Positions 26,222-32,000 of a stretch of 32,000 nt of DNA are shown here, piece after piece. The stretch lies in assembly GCF_001457615.1 (NCBI RefSeq), contig NZ_LN831024.1, forward strand, positions 3,930,001 through 3,962,000, in the 5' to 3' direction. Source of the DNA: Pseudomonas aeruginosa (GTDB taxonomy: Bacteria; Pseudomonadota; Gammaproteobacteria; Pseudomonadales; Pseudomonadaceae). Under the pieces are notes generated by a model, which did no database searches, was not told the origin of the DNA, and was given only the letters and a program-made list of their open reading frames with translations. Numbering within the stretch: the stretch's first letter is position 1; the number at the start of each line of letters is the position of its first letter. Both the position numbers and the translations under genes were made by a program.

Positions 26222-27811
26222 ATGCCCAACTCCCCGCTTCCTTCCGGCCGCAGGCTGCCCGCTTGCGCCTTCGCCGACATCGGCGAGCCCTACGCCGTGT
26301 TCCAGGCTCCCGGCGGCGCGCTCCTTGCGGTGGCCAGCGCCTTTCATGGGCAACACCCGGGCCGACAGCTCGACGTCTACGAACAGAGCCTGCGCCTGTA
26401 CCGCGGCGGCGACCTCGAATGCATCGCCGTCCTGCCGGACCTGGGCTTTCCGCTCAACGCCATCGCCTGGCACCCGAGCCGGCCCGTACTGGTGATCGGC
26501 GGCGGACGCTACGACGGCGGCGCCTTCTTCGAAGGCGGTCTGCTGGCCTGGGACTACGCGAGCGGCAAGACCCAATCGCTGCTCGCCGACAACCGCGAAG
26601 TGCTCGCCTGCGACTTCGAGGACGACGGCCGGCGCCTGACCTTCACCGTCGCCCCCAGCGACGACCTGGAGGACCGACCGTTGTTCCGCCAGCGCCATTC
26701 GCTAGCCTTTCCGGTCGACGCCCCACTGGTGCTGGACGACCTGCCCGGCACCCGCCTGCCCTTCGACTGGGCCCTCTACCCTGCCTCGACACAACGCGAA
26801 GCAGCGCTGCCGATCCTGGAAAACCTCGCCCTGGGCAAAGATCGGCGGTTCCTGCATCGTCCACCGGTGTGGGACCTGTGCTTTCTCGACGGCCAACGCC
26901 TGGCCATCGCCCGCGCCAACCCCCGGCTCGAGCTCTGGAATCTGGCCGACGACAGCCTGCGCAGCTTCGAACTGGCCGAACGGGGCCAGTGCCTGCAGGT
27001 CTTCCATAACGCCACCGACGACAGCCTGCTGGTCAATCTGCAACTCGGGTATGCCGCCCAGCGACTGTTCAAGGTGCCGCTGACACCGGGACAACCGCTG
27101 CTCCTGAGCGACTGCCGCCATCTGCTGGCGCAATCCGCCCAAGGCGGTTTTCTCGCCCGCCAGATCGCCCTCGAGGGCAAAGACCTGGAAGACCTCGTGC
27201 TCGACCCGGCCGGCCGGATCATCCACAGGCGCCGTCTCGGACACTACGACCTGTTCAACCACCATCTGCGCATCGACCGTGGCGAAGCCTTCTTCTACCT
27301 GGCCGGCAATCCGCCGGAGCAGCACCAGGACAAGGGCCTGTTCCGCCTCGACCCGCAGACCTTCAAGACCCGCGAAGTGCTACGCCTGGAGCGCCACCCG
27401 GAGCACTTCAACAACCTGCACGGCTGCCTGCTGGGCAATCGCCTGCTGCTCAACGCCAAGGTCTACAACTCGCCGCATCACGCCTACGGTACCCAGCGCC
27501 TGACCTGCTACGACCTGGAGAGCCGCGGCACGCTCTGGGGCGCGACCCTGTCCGCCCAGGTCAGCGCCTTCGCGCCGTTGCCCGGCGGACAATGGATCGC
27601 ACTGGCGCTGGTCGATGGTCAGGTCGAGGTACGCGACCTCGCCAGCGGCGAATGTCGCTGGCGCTACCGCACGGCAGACGCCATACCGCTGTGCCTGGCA
27701 GTCAGCGACAAACTCCTCGCCATCGGTTTCAGCCACGGCGGAGTCAGCCTCCTGCAGGTCGCGGCGGATGGCCAGCTCATCGGTCCTCCAGGCGCCAACC
27801 CGCGGCAGTAG
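26222..27811 (+). CDS. Uncharacterised protein with WD40/beta-propeller-like repeats
   Basis: 529 aa; recurrent propeller-like segments (LNAIAWHPSRPVLVIGGG, LACDFEDDGRRLTFTVAP, FAPLPGGQWIALALVDGQVEVRDLASGECRWRYRT, LLAIGFSHGGVSLLQV). Confidence 0.8.
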   Translation: MPNSPLPSGRRLPACAFADIGEPYAVFQAPGGALLAVASAFHGQHPGRQLDVYEQSLRLYRGGDLECIAVLPDLGFPLNAIAWHPSRPVLVIGGGRYDGGAFFEGGLLAWDYASGKTQSLLADNREVLACDFEDDGRRLTFTVAPSDDLEDRPLFRQRHSLAFPVDAPLVLDDLPGTRLPFDWALYPASTQREAALPILENLALGKDRRFLHRPPVWDLCFLDGQRLAIARANPRLELWNLADDSLRSFELAERGQCLQVFHNATDDSLLVNLQLGYAAQRLFKVPLTPGQPLLLSDCRHLLAQSAQGGFLARQIALEGKDLEDLVLDPAGRIIHRRRLGHYDLFNHHLRIDRGEAFFYLAGNPPEQHQDKGLFRLDPQTFKTREVLRLERHPEHFNNLHGCLLGNRLLLNAKVYNSPHHAYGTQRLTCYDLESRGTLWGATLSAQVSAFAPLPGGQWIALALVDGQVEVRDLASGECRWRYRTADAIPLCLAVSDKLLAIGFSHGGVSLLQVAADGQLIGPPGANPRQ

Positions 27812-29393
27812 CCCGCAGTTCGCCATCCAGCGCCAGGTGGCGGAGAAACACCGGGTCGTGGGACACCACCAGCAAGGCCCCACGGTACTGCCCGAGCATG
27901 CTTTCCAGGGCCTGCCGCGCAGCCAGGTCGAGGTGGTTGTCCGGTTCGTCGAGCAGTAGCAGCTGCGCCGGCCGGTCGGCGTAGAGCACCAGGGCCAGGG
28001 CCGCCTTCAGGCGTTCGCCGCCGCTCAGCGTCGCGCACGGCTGGGCGAGCCGTTCAGCCGGCAAGCCGAGTTGCGCCAGGCGCGTGCGCAGCCAGCTTTC
28101 GCCGCGACTGCGATTGACCTCCAGCAACTGCTCCAGCACGCCTCGCCCGTGGTCCAGCACGCTCAGCCGCTGGTCGAGATAGGCGGCGCCCACCGTCACC
28201 GCGCAGGTTCCCGCCAGCGGCGCCCGTTGCCCGGCCAGCAGCCGCAGCAGGGTCGACTTGCCGCTGCCGTTCGGGCCGACCAGCGCCAGCCGTCGCGGAC
28301 CGCTCAGGAGCAGGTCGATTTCGCGCAACGGCCCGCGCAGATGCGGCAGGACCGCGCCCTTCAACTCGACGATCCGGCGCTGCGCCGCCAGTTCGGCATC
28401 GGGCGAATCGAGCAGCAGCGGCGACGCCTCCTCGACCTCCCGGGCAGCCTCGCGCACCTCGCGGTCGAGGCGCTCGCGCTCCGCCTGGTGGGCATTGCGC
28501 AGCTTGCCGGCGCTGACCTCGCTACGTTCCCTGAACCCACCGAGCAGGATCTTCGCCTGGTTCGCCGTCTTGCCTTCGCGCCGGCCGCTGGCCTGGCGCC
28601 GCTCCTGGCGCTGCTGCTGTTCGCGCATGGCCAGGGTCTGCCGCTTGCGCTCCAGACGACGCTGGTCCAGGCGGCGCTCGGCGGCCTCGCGCGCCTCCTC
28701 CCGGCTCTGCGCGTAGAAGGAATAGCCGCCGCCATAGCTGCGCAGGCCGAGGGTCGACAGCTCGACGATCCGCTGCATGCCCTCGAGCAGTTCGCGGTCA
28801 TGGCTGACCAGCAGCAGGCCGCCGTCCCAGGCCGCCAGCCGCGCCCGCAACAAGGCGCGCGCCGGCCCGTCGAGAGGGTTGCTCGGTTCGTCGAGGATGA
28901 GGAAGTCGGCGTCGTCGAGGAATGCGCCGAGCAGCGCTACGCGCATGCATTCGCCGCCGCTCAGGCGTTCGCTCGGGGTATCCGCGCGGAGATGGCCGAG
29001 CCCCTCGGCGGCCAGGGCGTCGGCCAGGCGTTGGCGGATGTCCCAGCGCTCGCCCAGGCATTCGTAGTCGGCGGCGTCGAGGCTACCCGCCTCGATCCGC
29101 GCCAGCGCCTCCAGCCATGGGCGGACGCCGGCCAGATCGGCGACGGTCGGGTAGTCGGCCGGTTCGAGCTGCTGCGCCAGGTAGCGCACGCGCCCCTGGC
29201 GCCGGACGCTGCCGCTGGACGGCTGCAAGTGTCCGGCGAGCAGGCGCGCGAGCAGCGACTTGCCGACGCCGTTGCGTCCCACCAGCCCGGTGTGCCGGGT
29301 GTCGAAGGTTTCGTCGAGATCGGAAAACAGAAGGCTGCCGTCCGGCAGCTGGAAAGAGACGCCATCGAGCGTCAGGGTCGACGTATTCGTCAT
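27777..29393 (-). CDS. ABC-F family ATP-binding protein (two ABC domains, no TM)
   Basis: MTNTSTLTLDGVSFQLPDGSLLFSDLDETF...; Walker A GRNGVGKS and GPNGSGKS; LSGGE signatures twice. Start 29393 preferred over 29417. Confidence 0.9.
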   Translation of the reverse strand: MTNTSTLTLDGVSFQLPDGSLLFSDLDETFDTRHTGLVGRNGVGKSLLARLLAGHLQPSSGSVRRQGRVRYLAQQLEPADYPTVADLAGVRPWLEALARIEAGSLDAADYECLGERWDIRQRLADALAAEGLGHLRADTPSERLSGGECMRVALLGAFLDDADFLILDEPSNPLDGPARALLRARLAAWDGGLLLVSHDRELLEGMQRIVELSTLGLRSYGGGYSFYAQSREEAREAAERRLDQRRLERKRQTLAMREQQQRQERRQASGRREGKTANQAKILLGGFRERSEVSAGKLRNAHQAERERLDREVREAAREVEEASPLLLDSPDAELAAQRRIVELKGAVLPHLRGPLREIDLLLSGPRRLALVGPNGSGKSTLLRLLAGQRAPLAGTCAVTVGAAYLDQRLSVLDHGRGVLEQLLEVNRSRGESWLRTRLAQLGLPAERLAQPCATLSGGERLKAALALVLYADRPAQLLLLDEPDNHLDLAARQALESMLGQYRGALLVVSHDPVFLRHLALDGELRATAAGWRLEDR

Positions 29394-29589
29394 GGATACC
29401 CCCTTGATGCCATGCATTCCCCCGGGCCCTCGGGCCAGGGACGGAAAACCGGCCGTGCAGACACGGCAGCATCAATTGCGCATCGGACGAACACCTCGTA
29501 CGGAAGGAAAGACCGCGGCAGTCTACTCCGCCCATGCGGCCCTGCCAATCGGGCATACTTTTCGTTTCCGACAGACACGACCGACCGAC

Positions 29590-29925
29590 ATGGCCAGACC
29601 GCGCATCTCCGAACTCTTCGAACAGGAACCCTCGCGCTGGGGCGGCCGTGGCGACCCCTACCTCTGGCAGGAAATGGCCGGGCAACTGGCGGACGCGTCC
29701 TGGCCGGCTTCCGCAGCGGCCCTGGAACACCTGCTCGGCGAGACCTTCGAGCGCCTCAGCGGCCATCCGCTGGAATACGATGCCTTGATCTACCTCGCGC
29801 GCCACGCCCACGGCGGCATGTCCAGCGGCATGGTCAGCCCGGAGTTCTGGCGCGAAACGGCAATCCCGGAACTGCTCGACCGCTATCGGCGGCGGCGCTC
29901 CTGGCTGAGATGGTTGCGCCGATAG
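29590..29925 (+). CDS. Small conserved hypothetical protein
   Basis: 111 aa, MARPRISELFEQEPSRWGGRGDPYLWQEMAGQLADASWPASAAALEHLLGETFERLSGHPLEYDALIYLARHAHGGMSSGMVSPEFWRETAIPELLDRYRRRRSWLRWLRR; non-biased composition, divergent to the ABC-F gene. Confidence 0.75.
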   Translation: MARPRISELFEQEPSRWGGRGDPYLWQEMAGQLADASWPASAAALEHLLGETFERLSGHPLEYDALIYLARHAHGGMSSGMVSPEFWRETAIPELLDRYRRRRSWLRWLRR

Positions 29926-30494
29926 GTGTCCTCGCCCATCGCCGCGATCTGCCCCTCGATCAGGGCATCGAAGGGTTTCAGCAAGGCTTCGTGGGTACGC
30001 GGCGCCTCCAGTTCGTCGAGCGCCGCAGCGATTGCTTCGATGGTCGACAGCGCGCCCTCTCCCGGCGCCTTGCGCAGGCGATAACGCGACGCCATGCCTT
30101 CGGCCAGGCTCACCCGCGGCAGGGCCGCCAGGGCCGGGTTCAGGTGCAGGAGCTTGCGCGCCTTGCGCCAGGTGCCGTCCGGCACCACCAGCAGGAGGGG
30201 CTCGCCGGCGGCCTCGGCGGCCATCTCTGCCAGCGCACGCGCCTGCTCGCCGGGAAACAGCAGGCAGGCCCGGTAGCCCGGTACCCGCCAGGTCTCCTCG
30301 GCGAAACGCTCGCCAACCCGCAGCTCCGCATTGCACAAGCCGAGGACGGCCAATCCTGCGGTATTCAACGCGTGCCCGACCTCGCTGGGGTGCTGCAGGA
30401 CCAGCACCCGCGTACGCGACGGCAAGGAGGGAATCAGCGCGCAGAGGCAATGGCTGGCGGGGCGAGCGCAACGCTCGCAGCGGATACGTGGCAT
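29883..30494 (-). CDS. DTW-domain protein, probable tRNA-uridine aminocarboxypropyltransferase (TapT/YfiP-like)
   Basis: MPRIRCERCARPASHCLCALIPSLPSRTRVLVLQHPSEVGHALNT...LLLVVPDGTWRKARKLLHLNP...LSTIEAIAAALDELE; start at 30494 rather than 30527. Confidence 0.85.
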   Translation of the reverse strand: MPRIRCERCARPASHCLCALIPSLPSRTRVLVLQHPSEVGHALNTAGLAVLGLCNAELRVGERFAEETWRVPGYRACLLFPGEQARALAEMAAEAAGEPLLLVVPDGTWRKARKLLHLNPALAALPRVSLAEGMASRYRLRKAPGEGALSTIEAIAAALDELEAPRTHEALLKPFDALIEGQIAAMGEDTYRRNHLSQERRRR

Positions 30495-30718
30495 GGGACG
30501 ACTCCTGGAAGGGGCCCAGTGTGCCACAGGCGGAGGGGCTTCCTCTCACTCGCAAAAACGTCATATTTCCGACGAATGGCGGTAATTTGTTTCACCCATT
30601 AAGAATAACGACGAATTTTGTCGTTCGATGAAAAAATACAATCGTCCCACCCTCTCAACTCCCGCCCATCGGCGCCGAAGACAGGATGAGCCCCTCTCTC
30701 TATCCAAGGATTTTTCTC

Positions 30719-32000
30719 ATGTTCACTCGCAAGTACCGACAGATGAACGCCGACTTGCAACAGCAACTCGCCGCCGAGCGCCTGCACATGGCGGCCCTGG
30801 ACCGCTCCATGGCGCGCGTGGAGTTCAATCCGGACGGCAATATCACCGATGCCAATGAGAATTTCCTGACCCTGCTGGGCTACCGCCGCGACGAGATCCT
30901 CGGCAAACCGCATCGCCAGCTTTGCGACGGCGCCTACGCGCAATCGGAAGACTACCGGCGCTTCTGGGAACGCCTGCGGCGCGGCGAACACTTTTCCGGC
31001 CGCTGCAAGCGCATTACCCGCGAGGGCCGGCCACTCTGGCTGGAAGCCACCTACAACCCCGTACGCGACGGGCAGGGTCGACTGCTGAAGGTGGTCAAGT
31101 ACGCCAGCGACATCGATGCCATCGTCCACCAGGAACACGAGATGCAGAGCAAGCTGGATGCCCTGTCCCGCTCGATGGCGATGATCGAGTTCGACCTCGA
31201 CGGCAATGTCCTCGCGGCCAACGACAACTTCCTCGCCACCATGGGCTATGGCCGAGCCGAGCTGGCCAGCGCCAACCACCGTCAGTTCTGCGAACCGGGC
31301 TACCGCGACGGCCCGCAGTACGCCGACCTCTGGCGCCGCCTGAACCGCGGCGAGTACGTCACCGGGCAGTTCCGCCGGGTCCACCGCAACGGCCAGCCGG
31401 TCTGGCTGGAAGCCAGCTACAACCCGGTCTACGACGCCGACGGCAAGCTCTACAAGGTGGTCAAGTTCGCCAGCGATGTCAGCGACCGCATGCGCCGCTA
31501 CCAGGCCGAGGCGGACAACGCCCACCAGGCCCATACCCTGTCCACCGAGACCCGCACGGTCGCCGAACACGGCGCGCTGATCATCCAGAGCGCGGTGGAG
31601 GAAATGCTCAAGATCGCGAATACCCTGGATGCTTCCTCGCTGAACATCGGCGAACTGTCACAGCACTCGCAACAGATCACCTCGATCGTCAACACCATCC
31701 GCGAGATCGCCGAGCAGACCAACCTGCTCGCCCTCAATGCCGCCATCGAGGCCGCCCGCGCCGGCGACCAGGGTCGCGGCTTCGCCGTGGTGGCCGACGA
31801 GGTGCGGCAACTGGCGGAACGCACCAGCAAGTCGACCAAGGAGATCGCCGACATGATCGGTCGCATCCAGACCGGCACCCGCAGCGTCATCGACGACATG
31901 CAGCACAGCCAGGAACAGGCGCGGCGCGGCGTGGAGCTGGCCAACGAGGCCGGCGCGGCGATCCTCGGCATCCGCGAGAGCACGCACAAGGTGGTAGAAG
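30719..32000 (+). CDS. bdlA: Biofilm dispersion chemosensory protein BdlA, 5' part (truncated by window end)
   Basis: Two tandem PAS domains ([25 protein letters not shown]..., [25 protein letters not shown]...) then MCP signalling domain [43 protein letters not shown]. Confidence 0.93.
   Translation, partial: MFTRKYRQMNADLQQQLAAERLHMAALDRSMARVEFNPDGNITDANENFLTLLGYRRDEILGKPHRQLCDGAYAQSEDYRRFWERLRRGEHFSGRCKRITREGRPLWLEATYNPVRDGQGRLLKVVKYASDIDAIVHQEHEMQSKLDALSRSMAMIEFDLDGNVLAANDNFLATMGYGRAELASANHRQFCEPGYRDGPQYADLWRRLNRGEYVTGQFRRVHRNGQPVWLEASYNPVYDADGKLYKVVKFASDVSDRMRRYQAEADNAHQAHTLSTETRTVAEHGALIIQSAVEEMLKIANTLDASSLNIGELSQHSQQITSIVNTIREIAEQTNLLALNAAIEAARAGDQGRGFAVVADEVRQLAERTSKSTKEIADMIGRIQTGTRSVIDDMQHSQEQARRGVELANEAGAAILGIRESTHKVVE

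Noticed and set aside
28071-30602. 843-aa + strand ORF across the ABC-F gene, small hypothetical gene and DTW gene
   Set aside because: Spans several better-supported genes on both strands; the composition is not protein-like.
1-32000. Mobile element, prophage, CRISPR, toxin-antitoxin or defence island
   Set aside because: No transposase, integrase, phage, Cas or restriction genes, no tRNA and no regular repeat array; gene content is core-genome-like throughout.

Overview
This 32 kb, GC-rich window reads as Pseudomonas aeruginosa chromosome, and I recognise many genes from protein motifs. On the - strand, from high to low coordinates, it carries the flagellar export/switch operon fliK?-fliL-fliM-fliN-fliO-fliP-fliQ-fliR-flhB, then two tandem TPM-domain paralogs and the first codons of flhA. 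Next come a UPF0149/YecA-like gene, a YbaN/DUF454-like gene, and an RND efflux operon with a CusRS/CopRS-like two-component system (mexM-mexN-RR-HK). These are followed by lapG-lapD, the las quorum-sensing locus (lasI, rsaL, lasR), a cation P-type ATPase, a GNAT acetyltransferase, an uncharacterised 529-aa protein, a divergent ABC-F ATPase, a small hypothetical protein, a DTW-domain protein and the 5' part of bdlA. I found no mobile element, CRISPR array, tRNA/rRNA or evident new defence-type system. The observations most worth checking are: (1) a CusR-box-like inverted repeat upstream of mexM, in an operon encoding its own CusR-like regulator; (2) an apparent A228G change in the LasR DNA-binding domain relative to the LasR sequence I remember; (3) sigma54-type promoter matches upstream of fliL and flhA; (4) several inverted repeats upstream of the P-type ATPase and in the lasR leader; (5) a likely upstream start for bdlA; (6) two tandem TPM paralogs with poly-Ser/Gly tails inside the flagellar cluster.
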